DNA from: Terrimicrobiaceae bacterium
GTDB lineage: Bacteria > Verrucomicrobiota > Verrucomicrobiia > Chthoniobacterales > Terrimicrobiaceae
Assembly (NCBI GenBank): GCA_041752695.1
Contig: JBGSVZ010000036.1
Location: 29,876 to 93,875, forward strand
Direction: 5' to 3'
Length of the DNA: 64,000 nt
This document shows, in pieces, positions 1 through 9,235 of this stretch. Every line of letters begins with the position of its first letter. Within the stretch, counting starts at the first letter, position 1. The translations under genes were made by a program, and so were the position numbers. Under the pieces are notes generated by a model. That model ran no database searches and was not told where the DNA came from. It worked only from the letters and a program-made list of their open reading frames with translations.

Positions 1-1
1 C

Positions 2-946
2 GAGGGCGACGAATGGCTGGAAGGCACGGGGCACGCCATTCACATGCACGATTGCATTCCGCCCACGGAACAGCGTTCCGAGGCTCACATCAATCTGCGC
101 GCGGACGGAACCTACTATCTCACCAACGGAGTGACAGAGATGGGCAATGGAACCATCACGTCCATGCGCCAGGTGGCTGCTTCAATTCTGAACACCACCG
201 CGAACCGGGTGGAGCTTGTCATCGCGGATACGGATAAAACCGCCTATGACACGGGCACGTTTTCCAGCGTCGGCACCAGCGTTTCCTGCAAAGCGGCCAG
301 CCTCGCCGCCGAAAATCTGCGGGACAACATCCTCAAGGTTGCCAGCGAATTTAGTGCGACTCCGGTCGAGGAGTGTCGGTTAGTGGACGATGCCATCCAA
401 TGCGGCAGTCGGACGATTCCGCTGGCGGAACTTTTTGCCTCTGCTATCGATGCCCGCCACAGGCTTCACGTCATGCGCAAAGCCTATGGATCCCCCCGAA
501 CCACGTGCTTTAACGTCCACGGCTTTCGCATTGCGGTTCACAAAATCACCGGGGAGATCCGCATTCTGCAAAGTGTACACGCCGCCGATGCCGGCACGAT
601 CCTCAATCCGATGCAGTGCCGCGGACAGGTGGAAGGCGCGGTTGCGCAGGGCATTGGCAGCAGTTTGTTTGAAAGAATGGTCTTCGACGCCAACGGAAAA
701 ATGGTGAACCCCTCGTTTCGAAACTATCGGATTTCGGCTTTCGCGGATATCCCGCGCACGGAGATTTTCTTTGCCGACACTTATGATGCTTATGGTCCAC
801 TCGGGGCGAAATCCGCCGGCGAAACCCCAATCATTCCGGTGGCTCCCGCCCTAGGCAATGCCCTGGCCGATGCAACGGGGGTGCGCTTTGACAGTCTGCC
901 CTTCAGCGCGGACCGGATCTTTTCCCTGCTGGCCGATCAACCATGA
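2..946 (+). CDS. Xanthine dehydrogenase/aldehyde oxidase family molybdopterin-binding subunit, C-terminal part (5'-truncated by window edge)
   Basis: Frame open from base 2; motifs TEMGNG, YDTGTFSS, DAGTILNPMQCRGQVEG, GPLGAKSAGE typical of molybdenum-hydroxylase large subunits. Confidence 0.9.
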   Translation, partial: EGDEWLEGTGHAIHMHDCIPPTEQRSEAHINLRADGTYYLTNGVTEMGNGTITSMRQVAASILNTTANRVELVIADTDKTAYDTGTFSSVGTSVSCKAASLAAENLRDNILKVASEFSATPVEECRLVDDAIQCGSRTIPLAELFASAIDARHRLHVMRKAYGSPRTTCFNVHGFRIAVHKITGEIRILQSVHAADAGTILNPMQCRGQVEGAVAQGIGSSLFERMVFDANGKMVNPSFRNYRISAFADIPRTEIFFADTYDAYGPLGAKSAGETPIIPVAPALGNALADATGVRFDSLPFSADRIFSLLADQP

Positions 947-1887
947 GTGAACACGCCGTCCTCATCGCCACGGCAAGGGTCCATCCCGGGCAGAATCAGG
1001 CATTTACTGCCTGGAAGGCCCACCATGACACCATCATTGGAAAATTTACCGGCTTCATCAGCAGCGACATTATCCCCCCGACCCATGATGGCAGCAACGA
1101 GTGGACGATCATCCTCAATTTCAAGTCGAAGGACGATCTGAAGGTCTGGCAGATATCTCCGGAACGGGCCGCTATCATCGCCGAGGGAATGCCGCTTTTT
1201 GAAGGAGGAACTCTTGGCGAAATCGTGCAAGTTGGCGACGGGGGGGTGCAACCGGAAAGCAACGTTACGGAGATCATCTTTTCCAAGGTCAAAGCCGGCA
1301 TGGAGGACACCTATCGCGAGTGGACGACGCGCATTCAGGCTGCACAGGCAAAGTATCCGGGTTACCGGGGCATGTATCTTCAACCGCCGCAGGAAAAAGG
1401 CGGTCTGTGGACAACGATTCTCCGCTTCGATTCCGAGGCCCATCTTGAAGCGTGGATGAACGCCACGGAACGCAAGCAACTCCTGCAAGAATCCAAAAAC
1501 TTTATCGAGCACGAGGCCCTCTCCCGCCTCGCGACCTCCTTCCCTGGCTGGGTGCCCCTCGATCCCATGACGGGCAAGGGACCTCCGAATTGGAAAACCG
1601 CGATGCTGGTTCTCCTGGGTCTTTTTCCGGTCGTCATGCTGGAACTGCGATTTCTCAACCCGGTTCTTGCCGGTCTGGGCCTGAACTCGTCTTTTGCCAC
1701 TTTCATCGGCAATGCTGGGAGTGTTGCGGCCACCAGTTTTTTCACCATGCCTTTGGCTGTGCGTGGTTTCGGATGGTGGCTCTTCCCGAAAGTGCGATCC
1801 GCTGCCCTCAACATTCGGGGAGTGCTCATCCTGGCGCTTTGTTTCGCGGTGGAAATCGCTCTGCTCTGGAGGCTTCTTCCCTGGTAG
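943..1887 (+). CDS. Membrane protein with two antibiotic-biosynthesis-monooxygenase (ABM)-like domains
   Basis: Two similar modules (VHPGQNQAFTAW..FTGFI..W; VKAGMEDTYREW..YPGYRG..W) then PPNWK and three hydrophobic helices; ATGA overlap with upstream gene. Confidence 0.75.
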   Translation: MSEHAVLIATARVHPGQNQAFTAWKAHHDTIIGKFTGFISSDIIPPTHDGSNEWTIILNFKSKDDLKVWQISPERAAIIAEGMPLFEGGTLGEIVQVGDGGVQPESNVTEIIFSKVKAGMEDTYREWTTRIQAAQAKYPGYRGMYLQPPQEKGGLWTTILRFDSEAHLEAWMNATERKQLLQESKNFIEHEALSRLATSFPGWVPLDPMTGKGPPNWKTAMLVLLGLFPVVMLELRFLNPVLAGLGLNSSFATFIGNAGSVAATSFFTMPLAVRGFGWWLFPKVRSAALNIRGVLILALCFAVEIALLWRLLPW

Positions 1888-2031
1888 TGAGCGCAGGAGC
1901 GGGCTTCGGCGGGGCAGGGGCGCTTACCTTCTCGCCGCGTTGTTTTTAGGCTCGCAACCTCCGACCACTCCTCCGCGGGAACCCCCTGCAATGTCGAAGT
2001 CTGGCTGGAGAGACGTGATGGTCGAAGGTTC

Positions 2032-2060
2032 TTGACGGTATGGCTATGCAGCCATACTCT
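2032..2060 (+). promoter_or_regulatory. Sigma70-type promoter with overlapping operator palindrome for vapBC
   Basis: TTGACG(2032-2037)-17 bp-TACTCT(2055-2060); perfect 8-bp inverted repeat GTATGGCT-atgc-AGCCATAC (2038-2057). Confidence 0.65.
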
Positions 2061-2066
2061 GGGAGG

Positions 2067-2318
2067 ATGAAGATGACCATGCACATTGACGAAGAGCTTC
2101 TTGCCAATGTCATGGAAGCGACGGGGGCACGCACCAAGACAGAGGCGGTGGACATGGCCCTCCGGGAAGTGAGCCGCCGGGTGCGGCAAAAGAAACTTTT
2201 TGCGACGCCCCTTGGCATTGAAGGCAAGGATCCAGACGAAGTGTTCGATTTTGCGGCCTACGACATGCTAAGAGGGGCCGAGGCACCGGGAAAATATGGA
2301 ACTCGTCGTCGCCGATAG
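2067..2318 (+). CDS. vapB: Type II antitoxin, VapB family (ribbon-helix-helix)
   Basis: MKMTMHIDEELLANVMEATGARTKTEAVDMALRE; overlaps downstream PIN gene. Confidence 0.85.
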   Translation: MKMTMHIDEELLANVMEATGARTKTEAVDMALREVSRRVRQKKLFATPLGIEGKDPDEVFDFAAYDMLRGAEAPGKYGTRRRR

Positions 2319-2694
2319 AAGTTTTTACATTCACGCCCTGCGTTCCCGGCGCGAGCCGTTCCTGGAAATGGAGCGGCTGGACGGCGACGTCGAGTGGGCC
2401 ACCACGGGTATGGTCATGCTCGAGGTCTGCCGCGGTTTGCGCAATCCGAACATGCGCAACCGGTTCACCGAACGCTATGCGACGATGATTTATCTGCCCA
2501 CGACCAACGCGATCTGGGAGCGGGCGGTCCGCCTCGCCTGGACGCTCGACCGGAAGGGCCGGATCCTTCCGGCTCAGGACCTACTGATTGCCGCAGCCTG
2601 CCTCGGCGGCGGCGCAGGCCTGCTCACGCACGACGCGCATTTTGCCGCGATCCCCGGCCTCACAGTGTTCAACTCCTTGGAAGACCTGCCATGA
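2296..2694 (+). CDS. vapC: PIN-domain toxin, VapC family
   Basis: 132 aa; acidic PIN residues in VVADRS, MLEV, AQDLLIAA, LTHDAHF. Confidence 0.85.
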   Translation: MELVVADRSFYIHALRSRREPFLEMERLDGDVEWATTGMVMLEVCRGLRNPNMRNRFTERYATMIYLPTTNAIWERAVRLAWTLDRKGRILPAQDLLIAAACLGGGAGLLTHDAHFAAIPGLTVFNSLEDLP

Positions 2695-3137
2695 CCCGAC
2701 TTATCCTTCTTTTGCTTAGTCTTACTCTCGCATCGGCGCGGGCTGGCCTGGGTGATACTGAATCGCAATGCCTCGACCAGTTTGGCCCCTCCGCCAATCA
2801 GACGGACGGCAGTGGCGTGGGGGAGAAGTTGGTTTTTTATGAAAAGGGGGGCGTCGGCATCGGCGTCGAATTTTGGAAAGGCCGCGCGAGCTGCCTCTTT
2901 TATAAGAAGACCATTCGCAGCGAGGGCTTGTCGGACGAGGAGATCGAGGCCTTCCTCAAGGAAAGTGCCGATGATTCCTTCTGGGAGGGGGCACACATCA
3001 TCGGCGAAGGCCGGCGCTGGGCCCGCAAGGACGGCAAGGCTGTGGCGCATTACAACGCGCAGCAAAAGCTCCTCATCATCATGACCGACGCGTTCGCGAT
3101 CGAGCGGATGAAAAACAGAACCCCTTCAGACCAGTAA
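2691..3137 (+). CDS. Hypothetical secreted protein
   Basis: Signal peptide MTRLILLLLSLTLASARA; ATGA overlap with vapC stop. Confidence 0.7.
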   Translation: MTRLILLLLSLTLASARAGLGDTESQCLDQFGPSANQTDGSGVGEKLVFYEKGGVGIGVEFWKGRASCLFYKKTIRSEGLSDEEIEAFLKESADDSFWEGAHIIGEGRRWARKDGKAVAHYNAQQKLLIIMTDAFAIERMKNRTPSDQ

Positions 3138-4043
3138 CGTCGCGGCCTGTGCGGTCACTTCGCTAACGGGGAGATTTTTCAGGCGGCGCTTTCCATCCTT
3201 GGACGGTGGAGCTTGGACGGCACGATTGCGCGGCGTGTCCCGGTGCCAGTTGGAAAGATGGGTCGGGCCGAAAAGAGTGAGGCTCGGCACGCCGAAGGCT
3301 TGGGCGAGGTGGGAGGCGGCGCCGTCCACGGTTAGCACGGCGTCGGCCCGGGCGCAGAGCCAAAGGAAATTTTGCAGCGTTGTGGTGCCGGTCAGGCTCT
3401 GGACAGAGGGGCCGGCCAGCCGGGCGATTTCGCGGCAGTGTTCGATTTGCCAGTCGGTCGAGGCGCTCGTCAAAAGAAACCGGTGTCCGCCGGTCTCGTG
3501 TAACAACCGCAGGATCTCCGCCCAGCGTTCGGCCACCCAGCATTTTTGTCGCCAGCCGGATGTGGGATTGATGAGAAGGAAGGGGCCGCCACTGAAACCC
3601 GACGGCTGCCAGGCTGCGGGCGGGGCGGTGAGTCGGGGCAGGCGGAAGGCCTCGCCGGTGGGGACGGGAGTATTTTCCCAGAAATACTCCGCCACGTAAC
3701 GGTCGCCAAGTTCCGGAACAAGGATTTGTCCGAAAAGCAGGGGGTGGAACCAGTGCATTTCGCGTTTCTCTGGCAGCACGCAGATCTTTTTGCGGGCGGG
3801 GACGAGGAGGGAACGCAGCGCGGATTTATTGAGAGGATCGTAGCAGACCAGGAGGTCCCGCCATCCCAGGGGAGGGCCTGGTTGGAAGACGACGCCGTCC
3901 ATCAACTGCAGCAGCGGTTCATGTCCCGCCCGGGTCAGAACGTTTACGGGCGCGCCATGGTGGGCGCGCAGCTTGGCCAAGGCGGGTTCAAGGAGGAGGA
4001 GATCTCCCAATTGTTTGTGAAAAACGACGTAACACCCCGGCAT
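3126..4043 (-). CDS. Glycosyltransferase family 9 (LPS heptosyltransferase-like)
   Basis: QLGDLLL, NPTSGWRQKCW, VDGAASHLAQAFGVPSLTLFGPT. Confidence 0.88.
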   Translation of the reverse strand: MPGCYVVFHKQLGDLLLLEPALAKLRAHHGAPVNVLTRAGHEPLLQLMDGVVFQPGPPLGWRDLLVCYDPLNKSALRSLLVPARKKICVLPEKREMHWFHPLLFGQILVPELGDRYVAEYFWENTPVPTGEAFRLPRLTAPPAAWQPSGFSGGPFLLINPTSGWRQKCWVAERWAEILRLLHETGGHRFLLTSASTDWQIEHCREIARLAGPSVQSLTGTTTLQNFLWLCARADAVLTVDGAASHLAQAFGVPSLTLFGPTHLSNWHRDTPRNRAVQAPPSKDGKRRLKNLPVSEVTAQAATLLV

Positions 4044-4266
4044 GCGGACTCCTGCCTAGCGGAGATGCCCCCGGTTCTCCAAACCAAATCCGGCACAATT
4101 CCCCCTCCTCCCTGACGACCGGAAAACTTTTTTTCATTTTCTTTGAACAACGGGAAACGTGCCGGGTCAAATATATCGGTTAAGGCAGCATATTCGGGCC
4201 ACCGCGGTTCAGTTTTCCTTTGTTCTGAGCAATTTCGCGTGTGGCCCGAATCCTTTTCCGGCCCGA

Positions 4267-4285
4267 TTGTGACAAAATCGTCACA
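4267..4285 (+). promoter_or_regulatory. Pho-box-like / palindromic operator upstream of phoB-like gene
   Basis: TTGTGAC-AAAA-TCGTCAC (7-4-7 layout, 11-bp period, resembling CTGTCAY boxes); also the palindrome TGTGAC-N6-GTCACA. Confidence 0.45.
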
Positions 4286-4339
4286 CTCGCACCCCTGCCC
4301 ACTCCGGTTCCGCGCTTGCGTCGGCCCAAACCCTTGGTT

Positions 4340-5038
4340 ATGAGCCCCTTTGCCATGGAGGACACTGTACTGATTGTCGAGGACGAGTCCGATGTCGTGG
4401 ACCTGCTCCGCTACAATCTCACCAAGGCCGGCTTGGGCGTCCTGATCGCCGCCGACGGGCTCACTGGTCTTGAGATGGCCCGCAAAAATCGCCCCGATCT
4501 GATCATCCTCGATCTGATGCTGCCGGGCCTGGACGGCCATGCCATCTGCAAGGCGCTCAAAATGGATCCTCACACCGAGACCATCCCGATCCTCATGCTC
4601 ACGGCAAAAAGCCAGCCCGACGAGCGCGTGAAGGGGCTGGAAATCGGGGCGGACGACTACGTGACCAAGCCGTTCAGCCCGCGCGAGCTTGTTCTCCGCG
4701 TTCAGGGATTGCTCCGTCGCCTGCGTGCCACCACCCGCAGCGAGGTGTTGGAAGTGGATGAATTTCTCCTCGATAAAGGGGCCTTCGAGGTCCGGCTCGA
4801 GGGGCAACGGCTGGAACTTACGACGACGGAGTTCAAGCTTCTCACCCTCATGATCGAGCGCCGGGGCCGGACGCAATCCCGCGAGACCCTTCTGGCGGAC
4901 GTCTGGGGTTACCAGAATGCCATCGACACCCGGACGGTGGACACCCACATGCGGCGTCTGCGGGAAAAACTCGGCCAGCACGCCGCGCGGCTGGAGACGG
5001 TTCGCGGCGAAGGCTACCGCTTCAACGTGACCTCTTGA
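4340..5038 (+). CDS. phoB: OmpR/PhoB-family response regulator (PhoB-like)
   Basis: LIVEDE, LIILDLMLPG, GADDYVTKPFSPREL, RTVDTHMRRLREKL, ETVRGEGYRF; start could be 4355. Confidence 0.8.
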   Translation: MSPFAMEDTVLIVEDESDVVDLLRYNLTKAGLGVLIAADGLTGLEMARKNRPDLIILDLMLPGLDGHAICKALKMDPHTETIPILMLTAKSQPDERVKGLEIGADDYVTKPFSPRELVLRVQGLLRRLRATTRSEVLEVDEFLLDKGAFEVRLEGQRLELTTTEFKLLTLMIERRGRTQSRETLLADVWGYQNAIDTRTVDTHMRRLREKLGQHAARLETVRGEGYRFNVTS

Positions 5039-6348
5039 ACGCCTGGACGGCCCTGCTTTTGCTGGGCGTCGCAATCGCGGCGCTGGTGGTGTATTTCCGG
5101 ATCGTTGTGCCCTTTCGACAGCTCCGGGAAGCGCTCCGGCGGTTGGCGGAGCGGGATTTTCGGCCCGTTCTGGTGGAATCCCGCCGGGGGGTCTTTCGCG
5201 AGACCTCGGGCAGCGTGCAGCGCATCTCCGAGTTACTCCAGCAACTTGATCAGCAGATCACCGACGAAGGTTTCAGTCTGCGCGCCATTCTTTCCAGCAT
5301 GGTGGAGGGCGTGTTCATCACGGATCGCGCTCAACGTATCCGTCTGATCAACGATCCCCTGCAGCGCATGTTTGACCTCCGCCAGTCCCCCATCAATCGC
5401 ACGGTGATCGAGGTTTTTCATAACCACCGCCTCCAGCAGGCCATTGCCCAGACACTCTTCGACGGCACCACTCGACGCATTGAAACGTCCCTGCAGGTGA
5501 CAGGACCCGACGGCTACACCACCCGCCACTTGGAAGTCTATGCAGGTGGTCTCAATCCCGGCCCAAAAAAACGCCCCCTCGGTGCGGTGGTGGTTTTTCA
5601 CGACATCACCAATGTGAAAAACCTCGAGGCCGTCCGCCGGGAGTTTGTGGCCAACGTTTCCCACGAATTTCGCACACCGCTCGCCATCATCAACGGCTAC
5701 ATCGAGACGCTGCTCGACGGGGCCCTCGACGACCGGGCAATGAGCGAGAAATTTCTCCACACCATGGCCCGCAACGGCCAGCGCCTGACGGCTCTAATTG
5801 AGGATCTTCTGACCATCTCGCGGATGGAACATCGCTCCGCACACCTGGAAATTCACCCCGCCAACGTCCACGACATCCTCACCCGGGTGATTGAACGCCT
5901 GGAGCCCGCCCTCGCCGAACGCAATGCCGTGGTGACGGTGGACTGGGCTCCCGATGCCTTGGAGGCTCCCGTGGACCCCACGCGGATCGAGCAGGTCTTT
6001 GCCAATTTGCTCGAAAATGCCCTCCGCCACGGTCACGCGGAAGGGGTGGCGGTGACGGTCACCGCCCGACGGCTCGCGGACGATCTGACCATCGTTTTCT
6101 CCGACAACGGCCCCGGCATCCCGCTGGAAGACCAGTCTCATATTTTCGAGCGGTTTTATCGCGTGCATAAAGACCGTTCCCGCAGTGCGGGCGGCACGGG
6201 ACTCGGTCTGTCGATCGTCAAACACATCGTGCAGGCGCATCGGGGCAGCGTCTCGCTGGAAAGCACTCCCGGCGAAGGGGCTTCGTTTCATCTTAGAATC
6301 CCGATTTTGCCCCCGGGAACGCCGGAAAGCGGACAGCCCGAAGCCTGA
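5035..6348 (+). CDS. phoR: PAS-containing sensor histidine kinase (PhoR-like)
   Basis: N-terminal TM helix, SMVEGV PAS region, EFVANVSHEFRTPL H-box, DNGPGI, FERFYRV, GTGLGLSIVKH. Confidence 0.8.
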   Translation: MNAWTALLLLGVAIAALVVYFRIVVPFRQLREALRRLAERDFRPVLVESRRGVFRETSGSVQRISELLQQLDQQITDEGFSLRAILSSMVEGVFITDRAQRIRLINDPLQRMFDLRQSPINRTVIEVFHNHRLQQAIAQTLFDGTTRRIETSLQVTGPDGYTTRHLEVYAGGLNPGPKKRPLGAVVVFHDITNVKNLEAVRREFVANVSHEFRTPLAIINGYIETLLDGALDDRAMSEKFLHTMARNGQRLTALIEDLLTISRMEHRSAHLEIHPANVHDILTRVIERLEPALAERNAVVTVDWAPDALEAPVDPTRIEQVFANLLENALRHGHAEGVAVTVTARRLADDLTIVFSDNGPGIPLEDQSHIFERFYRVHKDRSRSAGGTGLGLSIVKHIVQAHRGSVSLESTPGEGASFHLRIPILPPGTPESGQPEA

Positions 6349-7404
6349 CTACACCGTCACCGGACGTTTTTCCGCATCCGACACGAAACAGGCATCAAGC
6401 ACCTTTTGGATCTCGGCACCGCGGTTGAAATCGGGCTGGTCTTGTTTTCCCGTGCGAATGGCTTTGATGAAACGCTGGTAATTGGTGGCCACTTCGGTCA
6501 CCGCCACGTCGCGCCAGAGGGCCTTGTCGAGATCCTCGCCGGCGCAGATCCGGTATCCGGCAGTGGTGCGGTCGGAGTCAATCTCCACCGTCCCCTTGGT
6601 GCCGGCAATCTTCAGGAAAAGCCGGTTGGCATGGCCGCCGCACCAGCGGGTGGTGTGGATGGTGCCGAGCGCGCCGCTTTGGAATTCGACGTTGAGAACG
6701 GCCGAGTCGTTGGCGTCGAGCGGGTATTCGCCAATCCGGTTGCCGGGGGCCTTGTCGAAAGCCTTGAGGCGACAATAAACCGAAGAGATCGGGCCCACGG
6801 GGAATGTGGCAAAATCCACGATGTGAACCCCCACGTCGCCCAGCACCCCTTTGCTGCCGTGCTGGGAGGAGAGCCGCCAGAGCCAGGCTGGCGTGGTGCG
6901 CCAGTCGCCCCAGATCTTGCTGGCCAACCAGGCCTGCAGGTAGCTGGCTTCGACATGCCGGACATCGCTAATCTGGCCTCGCTGGACAATGGCAGCGACG
7001 GCCTGGATGGCCGGCCAGTCGCGGTAGGAAAAATTCACCATATTGATCGCGCCAGATTTCCGAGCGGCGGCGACCATGCGTTTTGCGTCGGGGTAGTTGA
7101 GGGCGAGCGGTTTCTCGCAAAGAACGTGTTTCCCGGCCTTCAGGCATTCCAGCGCGAGGGGAGCGTGGAAGGCGTCGGGCGTGACGATGGTCACGGCGTC
7201 GAAATCCGCCTTTTTCAGCAAATCCTTTGCCCCGGCAAAAGCGGCGGGGATTTGATGTTTTTCCGCAAAGGCGGTGGCGCGGGTCAGATCGACGTCCGCC
7301 GCCGCGACCACTTTGCAGCCGGCGATGGCGTTAAATCGTTCCGCATGGACATTGGCCATACCCCCGGTGCCGAGGACGGCGAGACGAACGGATTTTTTGC
7401 TCAT
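6349..7404 (-). CDS. thuB: Gfo/Idh/MocA oxidoreductase, ThuB-like
   Basis: GTGGMA Rossmann motif, GKHVLCEKPL, GVLGDVGVH, FDKAPGNRIGEY; directly downstream of thuA, as in rhizobial thuAB. Confidence 0.75.
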   Translation of the reverse strand: MSKKSVRLAVLGTGGMANVHAERFNAIAGCKVVAAADVDLTRATAFAEKHQIPAAFAGAKDLLKKADFDAVTIVTPDAFHAPLALECLKAGKHVLCEKPLALNYPDAKRMVAAARKSGAINMVNFSYRDWPAIQAVAAIVQRGQISDVRHVEASYLQAWLASKIWGDWRTTPAWLWRLSSQHGSKGVLGDVGVHIVDFATFPVGPISSVYCRLKAFDKAPGNRIGEYPLDANDSAVLNVEFQSGALGTIHTTRWCGGHANRLFLKIAGTKGTVEIDSDRTTAGYRICAGEDLDKALWRDVAVTEVATNYQRFIKAIRTGKQDQPDFNRGAEIQKVLDACFVSDAEKRPVTV

Positions 7405-7424
7405 GATGAAATAGGAAAAGTTTT

Positions 7425-7499
7425 ACCGCGGATGTCACGGATTTTGCGGAGGAAAAAGGAGGCCAGATCGTGATCCGCGCCACCCGTGTCATCCGCGGT
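7425..7499. repeat. Nested inverted-repeat element (CRCGGAT-unit family), copy 1
   Basis: Arms ACCGCGGATGTCACGGATTTTGCGGA / TCCGCGCCACCCGTGTCATCCGCGGT (21/26 complementary). Confidence 0.75.
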
Positions 7500-7524
7500 C
7501 GAAATATCCTTCGTTATCCGGCCG

Positions 7525-8295
7525 TTATTTATGACCGATCTGAGAGCGGATGTGGGCCTCGGGGTCGTCGGGGAGAGGTTCCAGCGGGGGGCTATTTGGG
7601 CAGATGTCGGGGATGTTGACGGTCGGCCGCGCCCAATGGACGGCATTCGAAATTACCGTCTGCACCTCGGATTGGTGGTAGGTCGGGTAGGTTTCGTGTC
7701 CAGGACGGAAATAGAAGATCCGGCCATTGCCCCGATACCAGGTCGCGCCGCTGCGGAAAACCTCTCCTCCGGTAAACCACGAGATGAAAATCAGTTCGTC
7801 CGGGGTGGGAATCCCAAAAGGCTCGCCATACATCTCTTCGGCGGGAATTTCAAAATAGTCGGCAATTCCCCGGGTGATCGGATGGGTTGGCAGGATATTC
7901 CAAACGCGTTCCTTATCGCTGGCCTCACGCCATTTCAGCGAGCAGGTCGTGCCCATCAGAGCCTTGAAAAGTTTCGCGTAGTGCCCGGAATGCAAAACGA
8001 TAAGCCCCATGCCTTCGAGGACACGCTTTTTGGCACGTTCCACGATCTCGTCTGTCACGTCCGCATGGGCCATGTGACCCCACCAGACGAGCACATCAGT
8101 GTTGGACAGAACGTCGGCGCTCAGGCCGTGCTCCGGTTCATCGAGGGTCGCGGTGCGGACGACAACCCCCTCCGAGTGGCGCAGGAAACCGGCGATGGTC
8201 TCGTGCATGCCCTGCGGGTAGAGCGCGGCAACTTTTGGATTCTTTTTTTCGTGGCGAAATTCGCCCCAGACGGTGACACGGAGTGGAGAGGACAT
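7525..8295 (-). CDS. thuA: Trehalose utilization protein ThuA
   Basis: [54 protein letters not shown]. Confidence 0.9.
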   Translation of the reverse strand: MSSPLRVTVWGEFRHEKKNPKVAALYPQGMHETIAGFLRHSEGVVVRTATLDEPEHGLSADVLSNTDVLVWWGHMAHADVTDEIVERAKKRVLEGMGLIVLHSGHYAKLFKALMGTTCSLKWREASDKERVWNILPTHPITRGIADYFEIPAEEMYGEPFGIPTPDELIFISWFTGGEVFRSGATWYRGNGRIFYFRPGHETYPTYHQSEVQTVISNAVHWARPTVNIPDICPNSPPLEPLPDDPEAHIRSQIGHK

Positions 8296-8389
8296 GAAAA
8301 AATTCTGTTTCCAGAAATCGCATTTTTCTCAGGCCGGACAAGGGTAATGAGTTGCATTTGTCTGTGAAAAATAGCAAAAAACCGATCAG

Positions 8390-9235
8390 ATGCATTCCAT
8401 TGTCCGGGATCTTGGGCGTGCGCTCTCCGCTCTGTCCGCCGGTCGGCTCCGGGTGCGCATTCCCCGCGCGGTCGGTTTGTTTCGCAAGATCCCGAAGGCG
8501 TTCTTTCATGCCACCCCGGAGATCTTTATCCAAACCGGCGGCGCGACGGATTTTGAATGTCCGGGGGAATCGTTTCGTCTGAAAACCTGGGAGGTTTGTG
8601 TGATGCCGGCCGGCGTCTCCCACATCGAAACCCCGATCGATTTGAAAACGCCCTACGGCATTTTGGTCTGCATGCAAGCCCGGGATGGGCTGTTGATTCA
8701 CCGGGCGGCGGCTTCCTCACGCCGGGAAATCCTGGCCGTGAGCGCCGAGCATCTGCCCACTCCGCGGGGGCGGGGGGCCTTTCGCTACCTCGAGGAAATG
8801 ACTGCGCCCGTCCCGGAAAAGTACCGCCGCGAGTATCTGACCTGCCTGCTCGAGGCGTTTTTTATCACCACTCTGGGCGAGCTCAGTCGCCCTTCCTCCA
8901 CGGCTGATACGCGTTCGCCGCTGGTGGCAGAGGCGGAAAAACTGGCCCGCGCTCTCCTGGCCGCGCCCGAACTTTCCGTCGCCCAACTGGCAGCGGCGTT
9001 GGGGTGTTCCGCCGATTATTTGTCACGCAGATTCCAGCGCGAAAAGGGCCAGACACTGACCCGATGGATTGCGCGCGAACGTGTGGCCATGGCGCGTGAT
9101 CTCCTGGCCGACCCCCGGCATAGTGTGGCCGAGGTCGGGTGGATGTGCGGGTTCAGCGCGGCGTCGTATTTTATCCGCGTCTTCCGTCAGCAAACCGGGC
9201 TCACCCCCCGCGCCTGGCGGGAGTCGATTCAATAG
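8390..9235 (+). CDS. AraC-family transcriptional regulator (divergent from thuAB)
   Basis: Cupin-like N-terminus; C-terminal SVAEVGWMCGFSAASYFIRVFRQQTGLTP. Confidence 0.9.
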   Translation: MHSIVRDLGRALSALSAGRLRVRIPRAVGLFRKIPKAFFHATPEIFIQTGGATDFECPGESFRLKTWEVCVMPAGVSHIETPIDLKTPYGILVCMQARDGLLIHRAAASSRREILAVSAEHLPTPRGRGAFRYLEEMTAPVPEKYRREYLTCLLEAFFITTLGELSRPSSTADTRSPLVAEAEKLARALLAAPELSVAQLAAALGCSADYLSRRFQREKGQTLTRWIARERVAMARDLLADPRHSVAEVGWMCGFSAASYFIRVFRQQTGLTPRAWRESIQ

